From NCBI GenBank assembly GCA_965207375.1, contig CBDBMG010000001.1, forward strand, positions 288,001-352,000: DNA of 64,000 nucleotides, written 5' to 3'. The notes under the pieces were generated by a model, which worked only from the letters and a program-made list of their open reading frames with translations, was not told where the DNA came from and made no database searches. This document shows positions 26,895 through 40,084 of this stretch, one piece after another (position 1 is the first letter of the stretch; every line of letters starts with the position of its first letter). The stretch comes from Nitrosopumilaceae archaeon (GTDB lineage: Archaea > Thermoproteota > Nitrososphaeria > Nitrososphaerales > Nitrosopumilaceae). The position numbers and the translations under genes are program-made.

Positions 26895-28433
26895 GAGGTA
26901 TGTCATGGTTTCTTAGCTAAAAATCCTGGGAAAGTAGTAACTCGTTATGAGTTTTCAGCACTGTTTGGGAAAGCATGGACTCGCAGCATGAATATGACAA
27001 ATGTTATTGCAGGGTTTCGTATCACTGGAATATTTCCATTCAATAGAAATGCTTTATCAGTTTCAGGGTCAGAAACTCCATCAAAATTCAATCCGAAGTC
27101 GTTGTGTGAAGGTACTAAGCTGAAGTTTATTCCTGTCTATAGCCCAGCACAAAGCAAATCAATGCCACCATCCAGCTATTATGATTTTACTGAAGAAGAG
27201 GTTGCTCTTTTCACAAAGAGATATGAGGAAAGGTATGATCTTACTCATGATAAGTGATGCAATTATTGGGTCCAACTTAAGAATGATGAAGGTGCTATAA
27301 AGGACTGTGTTTCTTCAGAGCCTGTTATTATAAATGATTCTGCATTGCCGAAAAGTGCAATAGTATCCAAGGATGTTTCTAAGGAGTCGGGGGTTGATAC
27401 CACCAAAAAGAACAATGCTAGTGTTGCTAGGAAGGAACATGCACAGCTGAAACATTCAACAGCATTATCCAAAGTTTTATCTTCTCAAGAGCTAGCAGTT
27501 GTCAAAATCGCTACAAAACCACCAAAAACATCAGCTTGGGTATTGACCAGTTCTGAAAACATGAATATACTAGAGGAAAAAGAAAAGAAAAAACAAGAAG
27601 AAGCTGAGGAGAAAAGAAAACGTAAGATAGCAGCAGAAGAAAAACAAAAAGAAAGAGAAAAAATCAAAGATAAGAAAAAGGTAGCTAGCTGATCATATGT
27701 ACGTAATGTAAACTATTCTTCACATACATTAGCTAGCTATAGATACTTAGCTATAGTAAAGCTAAGTGCATGAAATGAAGACACTATTAAATTGGTTTAG
27801 ACTATTAACTGATCTATAGTAAGCTTTTATATAAGCAGCAGGAGCTTGTAATTTCCGTGTCATGACAAGCTAGCTATGTAGCTATGGCAAAACTATATAG
27901 CTGGCTATGTAGCTATGTATAGCTATTCTATGCATACGATAAATAGCTAAAGATAATGTGAGGAGCTGACCTGTAATCATAAAATTGTTGGGATGTAGTT
28001 AAAAATGGACCTGAATAATCATCATTGGCTTGGCTATAATATAATAGCTATAGCTAGCTAGCTAAGATAGTTGTTATATTTGTAATATGTAGCTGTATAT
28101 ATAAAGCCTTCTACTTGTTCTATTGCAATATATATCTATATACTATATTGTAACAGCTGCAAAGGCTCCTGCACAGTGTTCTGAAAAGTCTGGTGTCCGT
28201 AAAGGTGTCACCGGTAGTAGAGGTATAGTTATAGCTATATAACTAGCTACACATAGCTCATGTGAAGTCATGATCAATATACATAGGTGAAAACCCTGAG
28301 ATTGTATGTATTTGTCAGAAAGAGAAATTTGGACGTATGATGAAATGTGAGAATAGCAAGTGTGAAAAACGCTTCTCTTGCATCGGCTTGACTAGGAGGC
28401 CACTTGGAATGTGGTACTGTCAAGAGTGTGATG
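26895..28433 (+). pseudogene. 3' part of a pogo/Tigger-like DDE_1 transposase with Lys/Glu tail and a spliced PHD-finger exon
   Basis: NPGKVVTRYEFSALFGKAW..NVIAGFRITGIFPFN; VLTSSEN+KE-rich tail; AG/GT-bounded exon 28287-28433 IVCICQKEKFGRMMKCENSKCEKRFSCIGLTRRPLGMWYCQEC; stop at 27255. Confidence 0.72.
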
Positions 28434-29852
28434 GTAAGCTAGCCATGTAGCCAAATACATGCATAGCTAGCTAAGAAATTGCATTACATTTTAATAGCTG
28501 CAAGGGTTAGAACTCCACCAAAGACTTCTCAAAAATCCACTAAAGTTGTTACCAGGAATCAAGTGCAAAGTAAAGTCAAATAATATATATTGTTATAGTG
28601 ATTAGCTGCTCTCTTCTGTGTATATAGTTATATTAGTTATGTAATATAGCTAACTACGTATATCATTAATTTGCCTGAGAACCTCAAAAAAGCAACTGTT
28701 TTCATTTATTAAGAAAACAATAGATCTATAGAGCATTATATCTATGTATTTATCATTGGCGGATTTGAGGGGGCAAGGGGGCATTGCCCTCCAAAATTAC
28801 CTTTCGCCATAAAGGTATAAACAATATCCTTTACAGAAAGTTTGTTTTTATGCTTTGCAGTATACAATTACTCTATAACTTTAGGGTCCAAACCCCTTGG
28901 CCCCCCACTCAGGGGTCCTAGATCCATCCATGAATATTATTATGTAGCTACAATTTTATTTTATCTTGTTATATAATGATGTACAGTAGTTGAACACCTT
29001 GATATTGTTTGCATAGAACATGAAATAAGGACTGAAAATTGTTCAGACATATGTCTAAAATCTGTTCTGACATTTGCAAAAAAGATCTGAGATTAGCATA
29101 AATGTGTACTGTCACATTATATTTTGACTCAGATGTCTGACCCTATACAGTGTATTTAATTTCATGTTCTACAAGGCTATATTTAAACCTCAATTAGCAA
29201 ATTACTTTTCTGAATTTAGTGGCACAAAAGGATCAAGAAAAATGTTCTGCTACTAAAAAACCGGTGTGGTGTGTGTGTCACAAAGAAGAACATGGTCGAA
29301 TGATCCTATAGCTATGTGATAATGAAACTTGCAAAATAGGCTGGTTTCATTTTCCCTGTGTTAGATTATCCCAAAAACCACCTGGATTGTGGTATTGTGA
29401 AGACTGCAAGCCATAGACAGTTACATTCATAGTCATGATTAAGCCGCATAAATTGATGCATTAATTTACTGGTATTACTATTGATCACCCCCACTGTGAC
29501 AATATTATATAGCTGCTGAAACCAAATGTTGACTCACTGACTTATTGAGCTTAGACCTCAAATGACCGCATGGAGGTGTATGACCCAGGTTAAAACCTTT
29601 GTCTTCAGTTTCAGTAACTATAGATCAATTCTCTAATAGAGCATTCATATGTGACTACTCCGTTAGAGAGTAATTACATATTTCAAACCCGGATATTGAT
29701 AAGACCATTGATGTGTTTAAAATCTATGTATAAACGGGCACTGAAATTTAATTCACAAAGTAAACTGATTGAGAGAAGAAAACGTGCTCAATTAAGTGGT
29801 CAAAGGACACGCATCACGTGAAACTGGTGCGCATGCACATAATTTATTGAAA

Positions 29853-30568
29853 TAATGGACGATATCCGCAATTACGTATTTTGACGTCACGGAACAATAT
29901 GGCGTCCATAGTGTGGGGACTTTGTACAGAAAATGTATGGTGAGAGTAGCGTTTCATCATAAACGACTTTATAAAATTGAAAAACTCGCTGGTGAGTGTT
30001 ATAGGATGTGTTATAAACCTAAACGAATACGACTGCGCATCACTAAAGATTCCATGGGGCGGGTTTCTGACCAACGCGCATTTAACAATCGAAAACAATA
30101 TTGGAAAAAACAACTCATACAGAGCTAATTGTTTACTATCGACGCGTAAGATGGTTTAGCAGTGCGGGAATAAAGAATAGTAGGCTAGATAGGCTGCATA
30201 CGTGCCTAGTGGGCGTGGCCCAACGTTTCATTACTCAGCTTATTAAGCCGTGCACTCCTGCTAATCTACATTTACGCACTACTAGACAGTCCTAGGGACC
30301 AATGGTAAGACAATTAACTTCGTGTGATTCCATTTATGCAATGCTCACTGGAGAGAAACCAGCCCCATGGGCTCTTAGCGATGCGCAAATGTATTCGTTT
30401 ACATTACAATATTGATTATAACACCCACCAACAATTTCTTTTGATTTCATGAAGTCGTTCATGGTGAAACGCAACCTTCACCATACATTCCCTGTACAAA
30501 GTCCCCACACTATGGACTCCATATTGTTTCGTGACGTCAATAAACGTAATTGCGGATATTGTCCATTA
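29853..30568. mobile_element. Non-autonomous element with ~120-bp TIRs
   Basis: 29853-29970 is an imperfect reverse complement of ~30451-30568. Confidence 0.8.
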
Positions 30569-30595
30569 CAGTATACGAGCTAGCTTTTAAATATA

Positions 30596-30734
30596 GGTTA
30601 AACCTCAAAACCAAGGGATCTACGGAATTTATAACCCCGAAGGCCCTTGGCTATGCGCCCGAGCATAGCGAGGGCGCTACTAAGGGCCTGAGGGTTATAA
30701 ATTACGTAGACCACGTAGGTTTTGAGGTTTAACC
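30596..30734. repeat. ~140-bp fold-back repeat (GGTTAAACCTCAAAACC...GGTTTTGAGGTTTAACC)
   Basis: Imperfect hairpin with central CGAGCATAGCGAG. Confidence 0.7.
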
Positions 30735-30752
30735 AATTTAGACCCTTTTAAG

Positions 30753-31712
30753 TTATTATTATTATTATTATTTTATTATTTTTATTATCAATTTTGTCAT
30801 GGACAGGGTTGCACAAAAGGCTAGGCCTGCAAACGTGCTCCCCCACAAACATACAAATACAAACACACATACCATATCTAACTATATACACACATACATA
30901 CAGGTATACAAATTACCTACTACATAAATTATAATCCATTATTAGACAATAAAATTCACAACTACAAAACCAAACTATATACAAACTACATACATACATA
31001 CAAGCAAACACATACAACTATATAACCAGTCAAAAAAGAAAGCGACGCAGGGCATGGCGGAATGGGCTGGTCAATACCAGTCTCAATATATTGTATGAAA
31101 CAGCGTTCCACAGGAAGGGACTGTTCACAAAAAACGAAAAGCGATAAGAGTTAAGTGATGATGAGGCCGGTCGAATAGTGAGTGGATGAGACCTGGTGGG
31201 AGCAATGGAGAGCTGAAAATAATCGGAAAAGGAAATAGAATTTCTATTATGTAAAATGTCATGAACTTGGCAAACAGAGAAGTAAATGTGACGTTGATGG
31301 ATAGAAGGCCATTTCAAATCTTTCAAACAAACATCTGATGACCTACTCCAGCAGCAAGAGGAGGAACTCCATCTGCTACCAGCAGCCCAACGAGCAGCTC
31401 GGTTCTGGACACGCTCCAATGTGTTAATATTCTTAGCTGTATGTAGAAACCAAACTGGGCAAGCATACTCCATAATAGGCTGCACAATACACTTATAAGT
31501 AGCAGACCTAACTGTACCAGGAGAATTAAATAAACAATGACGAAGAAAATTGAGGGACCTGGTAGCCTTAGCAGCTACATACTTACAGTGATCATTCCAA
31601 GTTAAATGACTATCAACAAGAATCCCTAAATAACGAATAACAGGTTTGCTGGAGATAAGTTCAGTATCCAGATAATAGTGAGGCACAGGGGGAGACCTCT
31701 TGTTAGACAATA
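30753..31712 (-). mobile_element. 5'-truncated non-LTR retrotransposon (CR1/L2-group-like): ORF2 C-terminus, 3' UTR, (TAA)n tail
   Basis: ORF 31030-31734 with RYLGILVDSHLTWNDH, YKCIVQPIMEYACPVW, LERVQNRAARW, SFFVNSPFLWN; (TTA)n tract 30753-30788. Confidence 0.88.
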
Positions 31713-31906
31713 CCTTTGCAGCTGCTTGTAACAACTAAACAACGGGAAAATGTAGCAGTAATTAGGGAAAATGTAGCAGTAATTAGTAATAGTATCGCCT
31801 GATAATTATTTCCTTTTTTAACGCTCACCCGTAGCCAAAATTACGGGCACGCTATTGTCACGTTATTGCTTATTATTTAAACCAATCAAAACACATGTAA
31901 ATTTAT

Positions 31907-31969
31907 AAACATGAAAAGGATCTAAGTAAACATGAAAAGGGTCTAAGTAAACATGAAAAGGGTCTAAGT
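31907..31969 (+). repeat. 3 x 21-bp tandem repeat AAACATGAAAAGGGTCTAAGT
   Basis: Seen directly. Confidence 0.85.
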
Positions 31970-32395
31970 GATTTAGAACACTCCAAAATGTACAGATAAT
32001 TTATCACAAAAGGGTCTAACAAACATTAGTAATATTGCACTTATTGTATAGTATTATGGCTGGTCCGATGATAGTTCCAATGGTCCGATAATATGACCTT
32101 CCGATTTTAATCTTTTTCGAGCTGTAGCTCTAACACGGAGAAACAAATTAGGATGAAACTTTGCATATACATTCAGCAGCAGGTATACTTGCTATGTAGC
32201 AAAGAAAATTTCAAATAATTATTATGGACTGTGCAAACGAGCGTCCGAATATGCATGCCGTCCGATAATATGTCACTTACTCTATATTACAAGAATATTT
32301 ACAAAAGTTGAGATTCCTGATTCCAGAATCTTTACAAACCATCGACGTGATTCGGAATTGTGTTGGTGAGTCATACCCCTAGCCGCAGTAGCATA

Positions 32396-32488
32396 TAGTC
32401 TCCCTAGCCAGACCGCTTTTTCTTCTTTTATGTTGGGACGGGAAGAACCAATATAAAAGAAGAAAAAGCGGTCTGGCTAGCGAGACTA
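32396..32488. mobile_element. Tiny fold-back MITE, TAGTCTCG/CGAGACTA family (relatives near 32842, 49457-49795, 50067, 53049-53127)
   Basis: ~40-bp near-perfect TIR. Confidence 0.8.
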
Positions 32489-35370
32489 AGTAGCCTACAA
32501 ATTGATACAACCATATAGATTGTTAAGAATCCATGATAACTGGTTCATCTGCAGCACTACCTTGTCTAAGCTTGATACACGCGTGAGTCGGTGACATCAC
32601 ACCCTGTGTTATCTAACTGTGGTACCGTGACTGAATATTTAAGCGCCTTTACAAATAAATAAATCTATCACGTGATGATGTAATGACATCACCAAATGAC
32701 GGAGGTACCCAGTACTGACTGTAGTCTTGCTTGTGGATTGCGGAGCTCAAGTAACATGATGGCAGCGCATCTAACTAGTAGTAGTATGATATTTTGAATA
32801 TGGTATGTTTCCTTTCTGTGGTAGCTAGCTATATCACTGAGTAGTCTGGCATAGCCAGACCCTTGGATTAGACCGCGCGAGACAGCGGAATAGGAATGTT
32901 TTTGGAATTGGGAGGGCCAAAAGTGAGCGCTACTGACTGATAGTGTGCGAAGCACACTCAACATGCATAGCATGCTCCTACTAGGGGGTCTGGGGCATGC
33001 CCCCAGGAAAATTTCGAAAAATAGATGCTCCAGGCTGAGATGCACTTTTGCCTGTAGCTATATCAGCTATAGATAACCTGAAACTAAGTAAATTTACCAA
33101 ACAGGGTTAACTACAATGCTCCTATCAATAATATCATTTGTAACATTGTCAAGATTTCTAGTTAACAACAATAGCATACTGACTTTACAGTGACTCATAT
33201 ATAGCTATATCAATGATTAAAGTGCTTTAGAAATTTCCAAAGTAACCAATTCTTCTTTCATTTCTTCTTACAAATTCCTTGGCTACATCATTAAGATCCA
33301 TTTGATCTGTCTCTTTAAGATGCACATGCAATAGAGGACTCCAGCCGTTGTTTCTTAGAACTTGAAGCTGAGGTTGCATGACTTGAAGTCATGATTAACT
33401 GTAGCTCCACTTTTACAACTTGACATTAATACATGAGGTTTTAAATAGTTTAGCTATATGTACTCACACAAACAAGTAACACTGAAAGGTACACCGCTAA
33501 ACATTTATTGATTATCTGCTGTAACAATGGCTCATTATAGTAAAAGAAACACTTAATATGAATACTATTACCCTAAGCATAGACATTCGTGATCATGACC
33601 TAGAGGGATTAGCTAACAAAACTGTGTATATTGAATTACTCTAGCTACCAGTTCTAGATGATTCTGTACAAAATTATTAAAGCTAACTGCATTATTATGA
33701 TTGATGAAAAACCTTATGACATTAATATTATGTACACCTCATGATTGTCACTCCAGGGGAGCCAGGCCCCCTCTCTAAATATCGGAGGGCCCACTGCCCC
33801 CTGGCCCCGGTGTCAAAAAAAGGCTGCCGTGCAATATATATCAGTTTCAATACCAGCTCAGCTTTCTAGATCTCATGCAGCCATGCATTCCTTTTATAAC
33901 TGAACTTGTGAGTTACGCAGAACGAGTCACTATCATAATATACTCGGAGCCCGCAATCACAGCATGTAGCCTGAAGATTTTTTGATCTACCTATAGCTAG
34001 CATATACGTAAATCTAAATTAGCTAATCGGATAATGTGGAGACGGTGTATATAGCTATATATTGTGCAATCATCATACTGAACTATAGCTAGGCTATCTA
34101 CGTATAGTCCCATAAGGTACGTAGTAAACAACGCAGCCTAGCATTTCGTAGGCAACAAGATGGCTTAACATTTGCTAGATACATATATATAGTAGTGCCA
34201 TGATGTTATCATCATCATTATCAGGCATGGCTACTAGCTAGCTATCTATATGTATAGCTATCCCTATTGACTCTACTCCAGCAAAAATGATAGCTAGCTA
34301 GCTACATGTTTGTTGTAATGATGTAGAACCCCATGCACATATAGCTATGCATGTATGTATGCCGCACTGACAACATGAATGCATGCATGTACACACATAC
34401 AGACACACACGTGCGCACGCATACATACACACATGCACATATACACAGACGCGCACATACACACATGCGCACACACAGAGCTATATAGCTACGTATATGG
34501 TTTGTATGCTCCTTATAAGTATGGGTTTGCATGTGTATAGCTACATACCATGCATATGCACTATAGTTGAGTTTGCATGAACTTCATAGCCAATGACCCT
34601 ACAGTATAGCTATACGTAGCTATTTACATAACTGATATATATAGCTATAAATCTGCTTGTATCGTAGGTCACCACATTTTGAAACCTTGTATAAATAAAC
34701 TCATATTACAGATGTGGCCTAGCTGTTATACCCAGTCCTGCCAAAACATTTCATTGTATCTAGGATATTATCATCATGTAACTATAAAATAATGGAGTAG
34801 CTATAATAATAATAACTTCTGTGCCTAACTGGTAAAGTTAATTCATAATAAACTCTTCTAAGTTTATAACAAATCAATGCAATCATTACAGTGATAATGA
34901 TATAGTGATATCATGAAAACAGATTAGATCAATTAGTGGATAGACAATATTATGATTAATGGTTAACTGCCTGGAAGTGATTATAGCTAACTGGCTTTCT
35001 CATACGTAATACGTAAATCCTTTTCTTGTTACCAAATAAGATCCTTTTGCATGATACTGCATGTGGAAGTACAAATTCCCATAACAGTGTGTAATATTCT
35101 TAGAAAATAGATATTATGTATCACAGTGGCATGTATAACTAAGTTTATACTATGGATAGTGGTTTAGTTATACCATGGTGGTTTAAATTAATTATACCAA
35201 TTATAGCTATACCATGGGAGCATATATAATGTGTGAATATACAGCACATTTCAATAAAAAATGCAGCTACAAAGAGGTGCGATAAAAAACATGTTTACTA
35301 TTAATAGAGCAAAGGACTGTCCAGCTTAGCTATATCACACTCACTCGTGTGATAGCTATCATTTTTATTA

Positions 35371-36078
35371 TAGTGCACCAAGGCATGTACTTGGGAAAAT
35401 GAAATATTTTATGTTTTGTTATTTTTTGAGAAAATTATCAGCATTACACTTATCTAATTAGTGCATTTGTGTAGACACTTATTAAATCTACTCAGGCAAT
35501 ATCTGGTTGCTATGGAAACAACCCTTAATTATCGAATATTTCAATTTTACTGATTTTTGGTATTTTTATATCTAGTTAATGACATTGCATTTAATCTGAT
35601 AAAACTGCATATCTGTAGGTGTATTTTCAATATGACTATATTTCTTACAGAGCAAATCTTAAAATATTTGTTTGATTTCAAAGATATAATTAATAATGCT
35701 ATTTTTAGGCTATTTTCTAAAATCGTTACTGTTCCCACAATGTCCCATAAATGAAAATGTAGTTACTGGTATGAGATACATAAAGGTATACACAAAACTT
35801 CTTACTAAGAATATTTGAAATTTTAATCAAAGCATCAAGTGGAGAGAGCTAAATGTCAAAATAGTACCAAAAAATCAGTAAATTTCTAAAAAGTGCCCAC
35901 CAGCAACCAACAGAAAACCACAGAAATGCAATATAAATACCACATAATTTTGTAGTTATTTATTTCTTAATCACAAAAAGATATAATGTGAAGCCATTAA
36001 TATCATCATGTTTACAGTAGAGTTGAAATAGTGATGTTTTAAAAAATGCTTTTCCCAAGTTTATGCCTTGGTGCACTA
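35371..36078. mobile_element. TA-flanked MITE
   Basis: TIR TAGTGCACCAAGGCAT...ATGCCTTGGTGCACTA, ~30 bp imperfect; TA on both sides. Confidence 0.82.
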
Positions 36079-36799
36079 TATCTCCCAGTGCGTGGGAAGA
36101 TCAAAGAAGCCGCCAGGGAGATATTATAGTTATCACAATGTGATAACTATAATATCTCCCTACCCAGAAACCTTTAAGGTTGTAGTTTTAACACCTCTTC
36201 ACAGCTGCTAATAACAAAGTTTGAACAAACAAACACCTTTCGTGACAAACGATCTAGTACAAGCGAACAAGCTTTGTGAGAGATAAACAAGTTATATCCC
36301 ATTCACTCGTATCAGTGGTATCCTTGTTATTAACACTTAAACTCAGCTGTGCCTCGGTCTCGTGTAATAACAAGGATACCATACTCGTTCTGGGGTATAA
36401 CTAATACTTAATACTCTCCTATATCACACTCGTGTAGTGTGATGTAAAATACATATTTATAAGGTATAGCCAGTTATAGCTATTCAGACAAAGTGTGGTT
36501 GGTGACAAATGGTGACAAAGACTAGTTGTGAACCCACTTGCTGCAGTCCCTATGGCTGGCGAATGATTTATCAGTACATGGTGCTCGGCCTACCCTATTG
36601 TGTAGTAGCTGAAAACCTTGCATGGTTTCGATGCTTCAGTTTGTCAAATAACAGCTACAGTTATTTAAATGCACTGGTTCAGTGTGTATGGAGTATTGCA
36701 ATGAAAACATTGATCAAAATGACTGACATTGTAAAATTTTATATACTGCAGCCGTTGCTAAATTGTCCAGGCATCTATACCAGCTAAAATTTGTTTAAC

Positions 36800-37716
36800 C
36801 GGCTATTCAGGCTTCATTGTACATGTGAGGAGTTATTAGGGATCGGAAGGTCACATGTGACACAAACGTGCACAGCAACCAGGGCATCTTCCATAAGCAC
36901 CTATATTTAACAAGCCAGGGCTTCCATAAAATTAACTTTCTTTTCCTGCACAGTAGCTATAGCTAAACTGTAAAAATTTAAATTTTCATGCCATACGGTA
37001 GGTCACATACTTTTATTGTGTTAAGATATTAAGCCCTGATAAGAAAACAGATTTTATCATCAGGGAAATGCACAATTTTCATGAAAGATTGCCGAATCAG
37101 TTTGTGTAGCTAATGATCTGGAAAACAAAGACTTAGGGTAGGAATATCTCCTGTACATTCAGCTAAACTACAAAGTAAGAGAATTACAGCAACTTTTAGA
37201 AGGAAATGTTATCGCTGTTGATGAGTTTGCTGAACAAAAGCTGTAGTTCTGTAGATTCACTTTGTAAGCTATAGTGTAATAAACTTGCAATTGTATAAAA
37301 CAATATAATTGTATATCAATACATAATGGTAGCTAATGACCTGCCTGCCTGCCTGCATTGCATCTTGGATAAAATATTTTACCTTTTATCAACATTTTCA
37401 CCTTTTGTATTAGATATATAGCTAGCTAGTTGGTATTAAGATGCATGTAACCTGTGCTGTATAGCTGGGAAGTTGGAGAGTGAAAAGTTTGGTGTATTTG
37501 GAAAATCATCTGTGATTCATCAAACCAAAACTTATTACCTTATACTGAATAATATATCGTGACCAAACTCTTCTTCACCAAATACTCATAAGAGTAAATT
37601 TGCCAAACTTTCCTCCTATAGCTACAGTAGTAATTTATTTATGATACTGTTTTGTATGTATCTTTATAGGGACTGGTGGTGTGGAGTCAACAGACATTTC
37701 CACCAATTGCTCCTAG
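36800..37716 (+). repeat. Local segmental duplicate of ~41230-43019
   Basis: Colinear blocks (CAGGCTTCATT, CATGCCATACGGTAGGTCAC, GAATATCTCCTGT, exon 2); the second copy carries extra inserts. Confidence 0.8.
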
Positions 37717-37869
37717 TGAAGTGGAAGGCTGCAAATAGGATGATGAATTCTGTAAATTTCTTGATAAAGAAAAACTATTATCTGGTAGATGATGGGGTTA
37801 ACAAAAAATGATCACTGTATATTAACCAAATCAAACGTTTGTTGATATTAGCAACAATGTGCAATGAGA

Positions 37870-38340
37870 CAGTACCTATAGCAATCTGTGTGTTCTCTAG
37901 TCACCTCCAATTGCTACTCAGCTTTTCTCGTCTCTGTGACTCCACTTCAAAGAGTTCCTACATACATGAATCATGAGCAGATCCTCGCTTTGTATCTCCT
38001 TATAGCTTCAGCATCCTTGCTATCTCGCTATACTCTCAGTTCTTCCACTTCTGAGAGAGCTTTTTTTAATTGGAACTATAACAAACTTATAAATTGATGA
38101 TGTAATGGTAATAATAGCACCTTCAATTCCTCAGTTGTTTGTTCATATCTTGATTGCCACTGTAGCTCAGTATCTGATCATAACTTATCGATAGCTGCCT
38201 GAACCGTGGACTAGTATCAATATCATTTTATCATCAGTAGCTTCATGCAAATCTTGTGTCTCTAGCTACCTGTTGCTCTAAGTGGCTATTTACCTCTTCC
38301 AATCAGTTTAGCTTGCAGCTCCCGCTTTGCCTTTAAAGGA
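37870..38340 (-). pseudogene. Decayed spliced coiled-coil gene fragment resembling the ANKRD26/CCDC144C C-terminus
   Basis: Manual translation: AKRELQAKL..EEVNSHLEQQ..WQSRYEQTTEELK / FQLKKALSEVEELRV*RDSKDAEAIRRYK / ELFEVESQRREK; short introns, stops. Confidence 0.4.
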
Positions 38341-40084
38341 ACCACAAGCAATAAAATTGTTTAAAAGCCTATGATTATAATAACCTGATCGTATTTTATA
38401 GACCTCTAATTCACTAATGGGAGTGTACTTTGCTAAAACCTCTTCCTAAAAATGGCACAGCTGTTAATTGCTAATTTTAAAACATTGTTATCATAGACAT
38501 AAAGTAGTATAAACACTGATACGTATGTAGGAGAATAAATGGAAGGTTAATGGGAGGAAGCATCTGATAAAGACACTTTGAATATAATAATAGCTTTTAA
38601 CATCTCAGCCTGTTACTGGCTGGCTTATTACAGCTGTATATTTAGTAAACAATACAGCAATAGCTAACTAAAAATTCTTGCAATATTATCGTGTGTGCCA
38701 TGTGGAACCTTTAGTGCATGCAAGCTTTTTGTTGGCCTTTTCCAAGTGATGATGCACCTGTTAGAGATAAATGAGTTAATCTACATATAGAATGAAATTA
38801 ATGATCAAATGTAGCATTAAAATTTTGTTGACGCTACAAGTGATGACTCACACCTTTTCCTTTTCTCTAAGTTCTGTTTTGCCTAGAGGACAGTTGGCTT
38901 CTAGATCTTTCACATTCTATAAGAGAAAGTTCCATTTTCCGTTTTCATTACACTGAAAGTAACGGTGTACCTCTCTTGAGAGATTCTACTCCATTATAGC
39001 CTTTAGAACTATTGTAGCTAGCTAATTGTGTGTTAGTGACTATGTGTACTTTGAATGAATGTTCTAAGTATTACACAGATGAAAACATCACGTAGAATAC
39101 TGTTAATGTTAAGTTATTGCCATGTTATTGGTTGATTATAAGTGAGTTACCTTACATGCTGTATCACTTACCTATATAATTACCTTTTATGGGAACATAA
39201 AAAATTGTTTTGTAATGGTATAACTTACAGCCACTACAGAGGCCAACTTGTTGGATAATTGTAATCATGTCATCACTTATTTCCATTAAATAATTGAGAT
39301 AACATGAATTAACTGACATATTACGGTATATATGTAGCTAATTAGTATAGCTACCTATAGCTTATGTAAATTCTTTGAAAAATCTTTTGTTAGGTCAAAG
39401 TTCATATATATAGCTTACTATAAAAAGAATATAGCGGACATCAGTGATTAAGGTAGTTGTAAAGATCGACAGCATTAGCTATAGCTATACCTGTGGGACT
39501 TAAGAAAGGAAAATGTTGTTAATTTGCTGTGTGATTGTGGCAGTCATTCAATCTAAGGTACCATATAAATTGCTTTCTGTATTAGTGCTGGTAAGACAGC
39601 TATGAGGTAGCAACATCTCTATTTCTGTCATATAGCTATAGCTGGCTGAATGTAAGTTATATGTATAATTTATAATTGCATAGTGTGGAGTAAACAGATA
39701 TCTGAAGTTCCACCATGCAGTGCTCATCTCAACATGTGTTATATGCATTATAGTCGAGTTTGCATGAACTTCATAGCCAATGACCCTACTGTATAGCTAC
39801 ATAGCTATGTATATATCTGATATATAGCTAGCTATAAAGCTGCTTGCATCGTTAGATCATCACATTTTGAAACCTTGTGTTCATATATTACAGATGTGGC
39901 ATAGCTGTCATACTCATGCATGCAGTCCTGGGAAAGCATTTCAATTGTATCTAGGCCTTTGGGAAGTCCTGGTGGGACATTACAGTCCTGCTTTGGATGG
40001 ACAATATTATAGCAGTAAGTTAAATAAACCAGAAAGTGGCACAATTTCCAAACCACTATACCAACTAGCTACGTAGCTATAACA

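Larger units (their letters stand above)
32756..37716 (+). pseudogene. Decayed 5' part of an Ig-gene paralogue: frameshifted exon 1 (32756-32802) and truncated exon 2 (37670-37716)
   Basis: 37670-37716 (GLVVWSQQTFPPIAPS) is nearly identical to 42973-43019; 32756-32802 loosely resembles 53350-53391 with a GTATGT donor but has an in-frame stop. Confidence 0.55.
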
